Shown here in pieces: positions 26,627 to 35,604 of a DNA stretch of 64,000 nt (within the stretch, counting starts at the first letter, position 1; the number at the start of each line of letters is the position of its first letter). The notes under the pieces are model-generated. The model worked only from the letters and a program-made list of their open reading frames with translations, made no database searches and was not told the DNA's origin. Source of the stretch: Actinomycetota bacterium. GTDB lineage: Bacteria > Actinomycetota > Actinomycetes > S36-B12. The DNA lies in the NCBI GenBank assembly GCA_030645615.1, contig JAUSNB010000035.1, positions 96,987 through 160,986 of the forward strand, written 5' to 3'. A program made the position numbers and the translations under genes.

Positions 26627-27865
26627 CTAGGAGACCTTGGTCAGGGTGATGTCCGGCGAGGTGCCACCGGTCAGGCCGCCTTCGTCCTTGGTGAGCAGGA
26701 CCGGCTCGGTGAAGGTGAAGGTCTTCGTGCTCGTGCCGGTGACCTTCACCAGGTCGACGCCGTCGATGGCGTTGAGAGCGTCGCGGATCGCGGCGTTGGT
26801 CGCGTCGAAGGCGATCGCGGCCGTGGTCTCCCCGTCGACGAGCAGCAGGAACGTGCCGCCGGTCGGGGTGCCGGTGATCTCGAACGTCCACACGCTGCCA
26901 TCGGATCCGATCGACCCGAAGATGACCTTGACGCCGCGGTAGAACTCCATGACCGGATCGGAACCGCTCATGACGATGGTGCCGTCGTCGGGATCGACCG
27001 AGGGGTCGAGCACGATGGCGGCTCCGCAGAAGGCCTCGACGATCGAGCGGTCCTTGGCGTTGGCGGAGTCGTAGTCGAAGATCTGGGTCAGGCCCAGACC
27101 GTTGGCTGCGATCGACCCGCCTCCGACGGCGCCCTTCGGCACCACGGGGGCCACGGCCGCTACGGCGACCGCGGTCTCGTGGACGAAGTAGGACTCGTCC
27201 TCGCCCAGCGCGTCGAGCTCGACGACGGTGAAGCTGGACAGCTTCGTCACGACACCGTCGCGGAGCGCCTCGGGCAGTCCCGAGGTGTCCACGTCGAGGA
27301 GCTTGTCGTTGTCCCGGATGGCCTCCGCGACGGACGATCCGACGAGCCAGTAGCGCCCCCCGGAGGGGACCTTGGCGTCCGCGAACAGCTTGTTGGCGCG
27401 GGATGCGACCTTGCGGGGGTCGTTGATCTTCGCCGTGGCCGAATCCGGGTCGTACTGCACTTCGAGGACGAAGTCCGCGCCGGACAGGGCGTCGATGACG
27501 GCTTCCTCGAAGAACTCGAGCATGGCCTGCACCTGCGGCGCCTGGATGTCGCGCACGAACTCGATCTCGTCGAGCGTGGCTTCCTCCGGGGAGAGGTGGA
27601 CCGCGCTGTACGGGAACATCGTGAGCGCGACCTGGATCTTCGACTGCTGGATGTCGTCGACGACCAGGGCGTTCGCCGAGCGCCAGCCCTTGTCGCGGGC
27701 ACGGAGCAGCGGCGGCCGCTTGATGTTGACGACGTCGCCGGCAGCCCCCTTGAAGTCGGCGAGGCCGAGCTTGATCGTGAAGAGGGCAGGTGCCTTGACC
27801 TGCCGGCGCAGCAGCGCCAACGCGGTCTGGGCGAACTTCGTGCCCTTCTGGAATACGTTTGCCAC
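26627..27865 (-). CDS. Major capsid protein with C-terminal extension domain
   Basis: DFKGAAGDVVNIKRP, VPSGGRY, ALRDG; C-terminal GTPTGGTF...LTGGTSP. Confidence 0.9.
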   Translation of the reverse strand: MANVFQKGTKFAQTALALLRRQVKAPALFTIKLGLADFKGAAGDVVNIKRPPLLRARDKGWRSANALVVDDIQQSKIQVALTMFPYSAVHLSPEEATLDEIEFVRDIQAPQVQAMLEFFEEAVIDALSGADFVLEVQYDPDSATAKINDPRKVASRANKLFADAKVPSGGRYWLVGSSVAEAIRDNDKLLDVDTSGLPEALRDGVVTKLSSFTVVELDALGEDESYFVHETAVAVAAVAPVVPKGAVGGGSIAANGLGLTQIFDYDSANAKDRSIVEAFCGAAIVLDPSVDPDDGTIVMSGSDPVMEFYRGVKVIFGSIGSDGSVWTFEITGTPTGGTFLLLVDGETTAAIAFDATNAAIRDALNAIDGVDLVKVTGTSTKTFTFTEPVLLTKDEGGLTGGTSPDITLTKVS

Positions 27866-27928
27866 GGGGTCCTCCTTGCGTTGATGGAATGAAGATCCGG
27901 GCCGTTCGTGGCGAACGTGCTCCGGGTG

Positions 27929-28582
27929 TTACCGCTTCATGGCTGCGGCGACGACGTCGTCCGCGGTCATCTCCTTGCCGTCGGCGACGCTGCCGCCGTT
28001 CTCGCCTTGGCCGTCGGCCGGAGGCGCCTTCTTCGTGACGAGCTCGGGGTACTCCTCGACAAACTTGTCGGCGGACGCCTCGATCTCTTCCCGAGTCGTT
28101 CCCGAGAGGACCCCGGGCTTCACGCCCTTGGCCTCGGCGACCTCCTTGCGCAACTGCGCGGCGGTCTCCTGATCGGTGCGCTCCTTGAGGGCCTTCTCGG
28201 CCTTCTCGGCGCGGGCGTTGGCCTTCTCGAGATCGGACTTCTTCTCGTTCTCGAGCTCCTCGACACGGTCCTCGGCCGCCTTCAGCCGCTTGGCCGCTTC
28301 GGGGTCGTTCTTCTGCGCGCGCAAGTTCTTGATGAGGTTCCACGCCGTCTCGGCGTCGAAGCTCTCGTCGTCACCCCACGGGGGCTTCTCCGCCTTCTCC
28401 TTCTCGTCCTTCGCTTTCGCGTCGGCTGCTTCCTTCTCTTCGCGCGTCTTCTTCTCTTCCTCGGTCTCCGCGCCGCCCTTGACCGGCCAGATCGGCCGGC
28501 CGTCCTTGCGGAACCCGACTGCCTGCAGTCCGGTGGAGCGGTGACGGGGAAGCGTGCGAACCTGTTCCGTGATCGAGTGCAT
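27929..28582 (-). CDS. Scaffolding protein
   Basis: KPPWG..FD...AW, KSDLEK coiled coil, LSGTTREEI. Confidence 0.85.
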   Translation of the reverse strand: MHSITEQVRTLPRHRSTGLQAVGFRKDGRPIWPVKGGAETEEEKKTREEKEAADAKAKDEKEKAEKPPWGDDESFDAETAWNLIKNLRAQKNDPEAAKRLKAAEDRVEELENEKKSDLEKANARAEKAEKALKERTDQETAAQLRKEVAEAKGVKPGVLSGTTREEIEASADKFVEEYPELVTKKAPPADGQGENGGSVADGKEMTADDVVAAAMKR

Positions 28583-28660
28583 TGCTGGATCGCCCTCCTG
28601 GGGTGATGTGGTCGCCGCAGCCTGTGCAGCAAGCCCGACCGCGAAGTGCGGCGGGAAGAA

Positions 28661-29482
28661 CTAGAGGTCATCCGGTCCGGTGAACCGGTCGGAGCGCCAC
28701 GACAACGTGGGCCCGTACTCGCCGTGCTCGCGTGTCACGATCAGCTGGCGGTAATCCGGGGACCGGCCTCCGCGATCGGCCTCCCCAGCGAACTGGGCGA
28801 CCCGCGCGTGCGTGTCCTCGAGCAGCTTCGGGTCGATGACCCGCTCGCCGCCGTCGCGGGCCGCGTAGACGGGGGTGCCGGGTTCTAGGTCGTCGGTGCT
28901 GCATCCGCATCCTGGATGGATGGGGAGCAGGTCGCCGACGCGGTACCGCTGGGTCGAGGCGATGACGCACAGTGCGCAGTTGTTCCCGGGGCCGAGGATC
29001 CGCTGGTAGAAGCGGACTCCCGCCGAGCGGTATGACGCGTCGGCCTGGCGGACCTGCGCCATCTGCAGGTCCGTGCGGACCAGCGAGCCGAGCCGGGCCG
29101 CGCCAAGCTCCTTGGCTACGCCGAACGACTTGCCCTGCGCCAACGCCGTGTACACCTCGGTCGCCGGGCGCCGGTACACGTCCGCGGCGGGTATGCCTCG
29201 CCCGCCCGTGACGACGGCGCGGTCTACGAGTGCGGCTTGGACTCCCTTGGCGCCTCGCAGGGCGGCAACCTGGGCGATGTAGACGGCGGTGAGGTTGGCG
29301 ACCTGCACCTGCCCCGCTTCGACGCGTGGCGTGATCAGTCGGACGAGGCGGTCTACGTCGGCGTCGCGGTAGGACCTTTGAGCGGCCCAGGCCGTCAGGG
29401 CGTAAGCGGCCACGCGGTCACGTACCTGGGCCATCGCGGCGCGGTGAGCGCGGATGACCAGGTCAGGCGACGGCTGCGCCAC
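28661..29482 (-). CDS. MuF-like minor head protein
   Basis: YRRPA, CALC, IHPGCGC, EHGEYGP. Confidence 0.75.
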   Translation of the reverse strand: MAQPSPDLVIRAHRAAMAQVRDRVAAYALTAWAAQRSYRDADVDRLVRLITPRVEAGQVQVANLTAVYIAQVAALRGAKGVQAALVDRAVVTGGRGIPAADVYRRPATEVYTALAQGKSFGVAKELGAARLGSLVRTDLQMAQVRQADASYRSAGVRFYQRILGPGNNCALCVIASTQRYRVGDLLPIHPGCGCSTDDLEPGTPVYAARDGGERVIDPKLLEDTHARVAQFAGEADRGGRSPDYRQLIVTREHGEYGPTLSWRSDRFTGPDDL

Positions 29483-30839
29483 TGCTGGCCACCAGCGTCA
29501 GGGCTGACAACTGCTCTTCCGCCAGGTCGAGCTCCTCCTGGGCGATCTGGTCGGGGCTCATGCCGTAGATGTCGCGGAGAATGCCGACGCGCGAGCGACC
29601 GGCTGCCTTCGCCTGTGCCGCGGCAGCGTTCTTCTCCGATAGCGAGACGTGCTCCGGCGGGGTCCACAGCACCTCGAGGGTCGCGCCGGCCAGGTCCACG
29701 CCTTCGGCGCGGAGCGCGTACACCAGCATGACCGCGAGTGCCGGGGATACTCGCTTGATCTCGGCGTGAGCCTGCGAGATCTGGCCCTCCTTCGCCGCTG
29801 CGGCGCCCTCCGCCGACTGGTTCGCGCCGTCGGGGATGAACACCGAGATCGGGGTGCGGGTCAGGGCGGCGAAGTCGCGCGCGTCGGTCTTCTCGCCCTC
29901 GAGCAGTGAGCGGATGTCCGTCGGGTTGGACTCCCACACATCGAATCCCTCGGGGAGGTCCCAGAGAGCACCGGGTGCAGGGGAGAACTCCTTGCGGTAG
30001 TCGATCGCGTTGCCGTCCTGGTCCTCGGTCTCGAGGTCGTCGGCCCCCTTCTGCTTCTTGAGGGCGCGCTGTCGGAAGGCCTGCATGGCTGTGATGACCA
30101 GGCGGTTGAGCTTGCCGAGCTGGATCGCGTCGATCGCTCCGTGGTGCGGCTCGACGAAGCCACGGCCGTTCTTGCGGGAGAGGATCGCGATTGTCGGGTC
30201 GCCGTCGTACTCGCCTTCGCTGACGAGCTTCCATTCGGTGTCGCCGGTGGCGTTCTCGACCCAGGCGGCCTGCATGAAGGAGCCGTAGGTGTTGGTGCTC
30301 GTCCGGCTGTAGAGGTACCAGTGTCCAGCCACGAGCAGCTTCGCGAAGTCGGTCCGCGCGTCGTCGTCGCGCCAGACCTTGATCCCGGCCTTGGCCTTCC
30401 AGGGGCGGATCGCGTCCGGCTCGGCGTAGAACGACTCGGGCTTCTCGCGGGTGACGATGGCTGAGCCGGTCTCGTCGAGGCCGATCACGAGGTAGCCGTA
30501 GCCGGTGCCAATGTAGTCATCGAGGACGTCCTGAATGACGACGTCGAGGCCGTTGTCCCGCCAGATGCGTCGGGCCGCGGCGAGTTGGGGGGAATCGTTG
30601 ACGGTGCCGATGCGGATGCCGTTCGGCACCATCCGGTCGCACAGCGAGCCCTTCGCAAGTCCGCCGAAGTCCCGGATGCTCTTCTTCTGGAACTGTTCCC
30701 AGGACTCGCGGAGGTTCTTCCCCATCTCGGGAAGAGGCGCCCGACCCTCGGTGTAGTCGCGGTTCGCCTTGATCTGCGGCTGCCGTGCATCGAGGGCCTT
30801 CGCGAGACGCTTGAGCCACTGCTCGGGGGTACGTGCCAT
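29463..30839 (-). CDS. Portal protein (SPP1 gp6-like)
   Basis: RIWRDNGLD, QAFRQRA, PGALW, ANQSAEG. Confidence 0.92.
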   Translation of the reverse strand: MARTPEQWLKRLAKALDARQPQIKANRDYTEGRAPLPEMGKNLRESWEQFQKKSIRDFGGLAKGSLCDRMVPNGIRIGTVNDSPQLAAARRIWRDNGLDVVIQDVLDDYIGTGYGYLVIGLDETGSAIVTREKPESFYAEPDAIRPWKAKAGIKVWRDDDARTDFAKLLVAGHWYLYSRTSTNTYGSFMQAAWVENATGDTEWKLVSEGEYDGDPTIAILSRKNGRGFVEPHHGAIDAIQLGKLNRLVITAMQAFRQRALKKQKGADDLETEDQDGNAIDYRKEFSPAPGALWDLPEGFDVWESNPTDIRSLLEGEKTDARDFAALTRTPISVFIPDGANQSAEGAAAAKEGQISQAHAEIKRVSPALAVMLVYALRAEGVDLAGATLEVLWTPPEHVSLSEKNAAAAQAKAAGRSRVGILRDIYGMSPDQIAQEELDLAEEQLSALTLVASSGAAVA

Positions 30840-30856
30840 GAGCTACCCCTCCTGAG

Positions 30857-32518
30857 TCAGTAGAGCCGTCGTGGTGGCTTCCTCTTGCGACGGCGGGGCT
30901 TGGCCCCGGCCTTGATGGCGTCGAGACGCGCCTTCCATGCCAGCGCGGCCGCCATGCCCGCGTCGAACTTCAGCTCGGCTTTGCCGTCCTGCTTGCGCAT
31001 GACGTGCAGCGGCTTGCCCTCGTCGTCCTTCAGTCGCAGCTCGTGCACGCCGGCGTTGGCCAGGTGCCTGAGCAGGTCCTCGTGCGGCAGCCAGTCGGCT
31101 CCTTCGATGTCCAGGCCCCCGAAGGTGATCGACCCTGAGTCGATGGCCTCGCGAAACTCGCGCAGTGCGTAGGCCATGGTCTTGGGGCGGTTGGTGTGCC
31201 ACTCCTCGACCTGATCCGGCCAGCGTGCCGACCAGGCCCCGACCGTCTCGGTCCAGTGCGGCGGGTCCGCGTACAGCTTCCACACGTCCAGGCGCGTCAT
31301 TGCGTCCTCGACGGCGGCCGTCACCTCGTCCTCGGGAACTTCCCACGTCTCCACGCCGTCGGGACGCTCCCAGAGGCCGAGCATCTCCTCCAGGCCACTC
31401 GCGATGCCGACAGCGACAAGGGCAGTCGCGTCACGGAACCTGGCCCCGTCGAACCCCAGCGTGGCGAAGGTGTTCTTCGCGAGCACTTCACCCGGCCGGC
31501 ACAGGGGGTAGATCGCCTTCATGTCGAAGAACTGCGATCCGCCGCGCCGCCACCGGTTCAGCTGGGTGCGTTCCCAGTAGGCCCGGTCTGCGCCCGGACG
31601 GTCGTAGTCCTTCGCGATCCGCTCGAATTGGCCAGGGCCGTACTCGCCTATCGGGCCGGTGGCTTCCGCGACGGCTGCGATCCGCTTGTTCAACGTGGTC
31701 AGGTCGTCGTGTGCTTCACCCGCCCAGCGAGCGAAGAAGAACAGTGACGGCTCTTCTCGCTCGCCCCGCTCGATCGCCTCGGCCTCCGCGCGCACGTCCT
31801 CCTGAACGGAGTTCTGACCCAGCTGCCCAGCCGTCGACGTGTACAGCGACCACGGGTCCTCGAGCGCCCGCTTGTGCGTGTTCTGGAGCATCGTCTCGTG
31901 CGCCTGCCGCTGCCGCGGGAGGGTGAGGCGGTGCGGCTCGTCGAAGTGCTGGAACGTGGTCAGGGCGCCGTCGGCCGAGTCCGGGGCCGTCGATACGGGA
32001 AGTGCCTTGCCGGCCGCCTTGCCGTCAGGCCCCTTGACCAGGACTCGGTCCAGCGACACGTCGAACAGGTCGGCGTCCGGCGAGTGCTCGATGATGAACG
32101 TCAGGACGTAGTAGGCGAGCTCGGAGACCTGCTCCTCGGTCGTCGCCATCATCGGGATGTACGGGAACCGCACCGGCCGGCCGACAGGGTTGCCCCTGGC
32201 GTCGAAGCCATCGCATCGAACGGGCGCTTCGGGGTGCAGCTCGAGCTTGGTCACCCAGACGCCGACCTCGGTCTTGGCGACGCCCTTCTTCAGTTCGATC
32301 GCGCCGCGCTGGTAGATGCGCCGACCTGCCAGGCGATGGCCCTTCGGGTGCACCTCGTACAGCCGGTAGATGATCGCGCGCTTCTCGTCGTCCAGGACGG
32401 CGGGCTGCCCGGCGAGCGACCCGGGTCCGAAGACGCAGGTCTCCTCGATCATGTCGCACAGAGCGGGACCCAGCGTCGGGATCGACAGGTCCAGCTCGGG
32501 AACGATGAGCGTCGTCAC
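30857..32518 (-). CDS. terL: Terminase large subunit
   Basis: KGVAKTE Walker A, FDEPH Walker B, LGFDGARFRDATAL nuclease, KFDAGMA. Confidence 0.95.
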   Translation of the reverse strand: MTTLIVPELDLSIPTLGPALCDMIEETCVFGPGSLAGQPAVLDDEKRAIIYRLYEVHPKGHRLAGRRIYQRGAIELKKGVAKTEVGVWVTKLELHPEAPVRCDGFDARGNPVGRPVRFPYIPMMATTEEQVSELAYYVLTFIIEHSPDADLFDVSLDRVLVKGPDGKAAGKALPVSTAPDSADGALTTFQHFDEPHRLTLPRQRQAHETMLQNTHKRALEDPWSLYTSTAGQLGQNSVQEDVRAEAEAIERGEREEPSLFFFARWAGEAHDDLTTLNKRIAAVAEATGPIGEYGPGQFERIAKDYDRPGADRAYWERTQLNRWRRGGSQFFDMKAIYPLCRPGEVLAKNTFATLGFDGARFRDATALVAVGIASGLEEMLGLWERPDGVETWEVPEDEVTAAVEDAMTRLDVWKLYADPPHWTETVGAWSARWPDQVEEWHTNRPKTMAYALREFREAIDSGSITFGGLDIEGADWLPHEDLLRHLANAGVHELRLKDDEGKPLHVMRKQDGKAELKFDAGMAAALAWKARLDAIKAGAKPRRRKRKPPRRLY

Positions 32519-32528
32519 GACGCGTGGC

Positions 32529-32990
32529 CTAGCTGACGAGCGTCAGGCGGGGATCGGCCTTCTTGCGGCCCTGCCGCACCCCGGCCTGGCTCGGCGCGGG
32601 GCGGCCCTTCGGCTTGCCGGCTGGATCGTTGGCCGGCTCGTCCCACTCATTCGAGCGGCGCTCCTCGGGGGTCGTGCCGAATGGCTTACATGCCAGCCGG
32701 ATCTCGCTGGCCAGCGACTTGTCGCCGCTCCAGTAGCGGTGGATGAGGTCAACGACGATGAAGAGACGATGCCGGTCGACCTTCGAGTACAGCTTCGCCG
32801 CCATCGGCGAGTCCCAGTAGTCGTCCCAGAAGGCGACCGCCTGGGCGTGCCATGGCAGTTCGTTGCCGTCCTCGTCGAACAGGGCAGGAAGAGCAGGCTT
32901 CGCGGCCTTGGCCGAGGGGTCAAGGGTGCCAGCCGTCGTTGCGCGGTTGGATCGCGCGCGAAGGCTGGGGTCCTTCTTGGGAGCGGGCAC
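32529..32990 (-). CDS. terS: Terminase small subunit
   Basis: PAPK...RARSN, WDSPMA, SEIRL...FGTTPEERR. Confidence 0.85.
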   Translation of the reverse strand: MPAPKKDPSLRARSNRATTAGTLDPSAKAAKPALPALFDEDGNELPWHAQAVAFWDDYWDSPMAAKLYSKVDRHRLFIVVDLIHRYWSGDKSLASEIRLACKPFGTTPEERRSNEWDEPANDPAGKPKGRPAPSQAGVRQGRKKADPRLTLVS

Positions 32991-33068
32991 GGGGAAACCA
33001 CCCTCCTGGGGTGTGAGCGGACGCCCACCTGGGGCGCGGACAGGCCCGGACGGGCCGTGCGGTGAGGA

Positions 33069-33578
33069 CTAGCGAGTGAAGCGGTCGCCGGTCACAGCGA
33101 TGAACCGGTGCCGGGAGTAGAACTCGACCCCGCCGCGCCGCCACCCGGGACCTTCGTCCGCGGCGACGAACACGTGCAGGCCTTCCCCACTCAGGGACGT
33201 CTCGACCCAGATCGGGTCGTCAATGCCGGCGAGCACCTCAACCGCCCACGGCTTCACCTGACCGTCATCGAGGCAGTGGTCCAGGTCCCAGCATCCGAGG
33301 CCCTGACCCAGCATCACACCGAGCCCGTCGCCGGCGGACGCCTGCGCGACCGCGAGGTAGGGGGCCCACGTCGCCTGGTTCGTGCTCGACGCCGGCGACC
33401 CATCGCACTGGATCGGGCGCTTCCCATCCCGGCGAGTCCAAGTCGCACGGTCGACCAGCTCGCGAGGCAGACTCCCTCGAGCGCGGTGTGCGGCGACTCG
33501 GCACCTGCCGGAGCAGAAGCGGGGAGCCGGACCGCGGCGTCCGGGCCTGGTCGGCCGGCCGCACCGCTCGCAAGTCAT
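33069..33578 (-). CDS. Zn-finger + primase-polymerase-like domain protein
   Basis: CERC...FCSGRCRVAAHR; ASSTNQATW, CWDLDHC, ETSLSGEGLHVF, EFYS..RFIAVTG. Confidence 0.75.
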   Translation of the reverse strand: MTCERCGRPTRPGRRGPAPRFCSGRCRVAAHRARGSLPRELVDRATWTRRDGKRPIQCDGSPASSTNQATWAPYLAVAQASAGDGLGVMLGQGLGCWDLDHCLDDGQVKPWAVEVLAGIDDPIWVETSLSGEGLHVFVAADEGPGWRRGGVEFYSRHRFIAVTGDRFTR

Positions 33579-33795
33579 GGACTCATCCTACCCGATTGTG
33601 TAACGGGTTTCCAGACTGAGAGGCCGGAAACCCGTTGGGGCGCAATAGGTATCGGAAGACACCGGCTAAGCCCTGCTGTGCGGACCCCGACGTCGTGAGG
33701 GGGCGCGGCGGCGGAAAAGCGGGGGAACCGTAGGGACGAAAACCCGCAGCACCTCTCCGTAGGAGCAGGCCACCCGGGGCGGGGGGTCCCCCGCC

Positions 33796-34140
33796 CTACC
33801 GACCCAATCGACTCTGTCGTGCCTCGTCTTGCGTCTTCTCGGCGTGGCAGGTCGGGCATGCAGCCTGTCCGTTGTCCAGGTCGAACTCCGGACCACCCCA
33901 GGCCACCGGGACTATGTGGTCCGCATGAATGCCCTTGCCTGTGCATCGTGCTCCACGGATCCGGCATCGCCAGTGATCCCGGTCCAGCACTGCCTTGCGC
34001 CAGGCCTTGTGCGCCGCGGATCCCGTGCGTGGGTTGACCACCTTCGCCCACCCGACTGGGGTGTGCTCGGGACAGTAGGGCCGCGCAACCACGCGGTTCT
34101 CGCAACCGTCGCGACCGCACTTCTTCGGCGCGCGCGGCAC
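33796..34140 (-). CDS. HNH endonuclease (terminase-associated)
   Basis: VLDRDHWRC...ADHIVPVAWGG...NGQAACPTCHAEKT. Confidence 0.9.
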   Translation of the reverse strand: MPRAPKKCGRDGCENRVVARPYCPEHTPVGWAKVVNPRTGSAAHKAWRKAVLDRDHWRCRIRGARCTGKGIHADHIVPVAWGGPEFDLDNGQAACPTCHAEKTQDEARQSRLGR

Positions 34141-34142
34141 GA

Positions 34143-34310
34143 CTACTCGGCATCGCCTGTGTTGCGATGGCCGCGGATGATGACCCCTGCCGCATCTGGG
34201 GCGAAGACCTCCGGGGATCCCGTGCCGACGATGTGGGTGTGTCCACTCGGCACCTGGCCCCCGGGCGGTCCCTGGGTGGTCTCGGGCCCGGTGGGGGTGT
34301 GCATGCCCAT
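34143..34310 (-). CDS. 55-aa microprotein resembling the tape-measure C-terminal motif (not in ORF track)
   Basis: MGMHTPTGPETTQGPPGGQVPSGHTHIVGTGSPEVFAPDAAGVIIRGHRNTGDAE; stop 2 nt before HNH start. Confidence 0.55.
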   Translation of the reverse strand: MGMHTPTGPETTQGPPGGQVPSGHTHIVGTGSPEVFAPDAAGVIIRGHRNTGDAE

Positions 34311-34382
34311 GCGGGGGTCCGTTCTCGGGACGGGGAGGCCGACCGTGGAAATGAGGAAGCCGGGCTCCCCACAGGGGACCCG

Positions 34383-34414
34383 ACTCTAGAAAGATCATCT
34401 GACAGTGATGTCAA
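34383..34414 (-). promoter_or_regulatory. Putative late-operon promoter (TGTCAG-N10-TAGAGT, with upstream TTGACA)
   Basis: Reverse complement reads TTGACA tcac TGTCAG atgatctttc TAGAGT in the gap before the packaging operon. Confidence 0.55.
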
Positions 34415-34425
34415 GGATGCAAGCG

Positions 34426-34599
34426 TCAGCGGCGCCACGGCGTGTCCAGCACGTCGAGCACGTAGTAGAGGACTTCCTTGCCGCGCCTCTTGCGGCGCCA
34501 GTGTCGACGCCTGGCGAGCTGGTAGACGTGCTGGTGTGTGATGTTGAAGTGGTCGGCGACGGTGGCGACGCTAATCCACTGTGAGTCGGGTGCGGTCAT
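34426..34599 (-). CDS. Small HTH DNA-binding protein (possible late regulator)
   Basis: WISVATVADHFNITHQHVYQLARR...YYVLDV. Confidence 0.65.
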   Translation of the reverse strand: MTAPDSQWISVATVADHFNITHQHVYQLARRRHWRRKRRGKEVLYYVLDVLDTPWRR

Positions 34600-35423
34600 T
34601 GGATCTGCCGCTTGTGGATCTTCCGGCCGAGGTTGTGCCATCCCTCGCCCGCGGGCCAGATGTGGAGCTGTGCACCGGTGTCGGGGTCGAGGGGGCTCTT
34701 GTCGCAGAGGATGACGCTGGGGAGGCGGTCGTCGGCGGAGCGGACGGTGGCGATGAGGGTTCCGTCGCAGTCGGGTTCGGGGCAGGGGCGGATCTCGAAG
34801 GTGGAGACGTGGTTGCATTGCCTGACGGAGCGGGCGCGTCGCGCGGTGTCGAGGACGTCGTCGGCGAAGCCGGCGGCTCGTTCGCTGGCGAGGAACCAGT
34901 CGACGTAGCGGGCCAGCCATCCTGCGAGGGCGTGCAGGTCGAGTCCTGGTACGGCGGGGTTCAGGTCGGTGCGGGTGACCTTGACCTGCTGCTCCTGGGG
35001 GTGGCTTGGGGTGCGCTTGCTGAGGAACGTCGCGGTCACGGTCGTGGTTCGTGGGGTGGGCGGCGGGGTGACGTCGAGGCGCCTGGTGATCGACCGTGCC
35101 CCGGTGCGCGGATCGGTCGTATCCGCGACGATCTGCGTTGCCCAGGAGACCCAGGAGGCGAGGCAGTTGCGGATGTCTCGGCGTGCGTTCGCGGCGGCCG
35201 TGTTGGTCCGCAGGCCGGGGTCTCGTGACGTGGTCACCATGCCGCTGCTCGGCCCGGTCGAGACGGGCATGTACCCCTCGAGGACGTCGTGGATCACGGG
35301 CAGCTGGGACAGGCATTCCAGGGCCTTGCCGCGATGCCAGGTGCACACGGCCAGCCCGGGTGCGGCTTCGCGTGGCTGGTCGTGGTGGGCCTGGCACAGG
35401 GCCTTCCCGGGTCGGGGCGTCAC
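34596..35423 (-). CDS. Zn-binding phage protein (last early gene)
   Basis: LCQAH/VCTWH, CPEPDCDGTL, ILCD...HIWP. Confidence 0.7.
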   Translation of the reverse strand: MTPRPGKALCQAHHDQPREAAPGLAVCTWHRGKALECLSQLPVIHDVLEGYMPVSTGPSSGMVTTSRDPGLRTNTAAANARRDIRNCLASWVSWATQIVADTTDPRTGARSITRRLDVTPPPTPRTTTVTATFLSKRTPSHPQEQQVKVTRTDLNPAVPGLDLHALAGWLARYVDWFLASERAAGFADDVLDTARRARSVRQCNHVSTFEIRPCPEPDCDGTLIATVRSADDRLPSVILCDKSPLDPDTGAQLHIWPAGEGWHNLGRKIHKRQIQ

Positions 35424-35604
35424 TCGTGGGCTCCCTCTCGATGTGATTGCTTGTCGTGTGCCGTCTCGCGCGGTCGGTGACGGGGACTACGGACTGAGTA
35501 GTTGAGGAGTGGAGTGGCTTTAGTAACGCACGTTTCACGCACGTCACGGTGTGCGTGCGCCGCACGCAGCGCGCACGCAAGCGGCACGCGCGCTGTTGGG
35601 TGCG

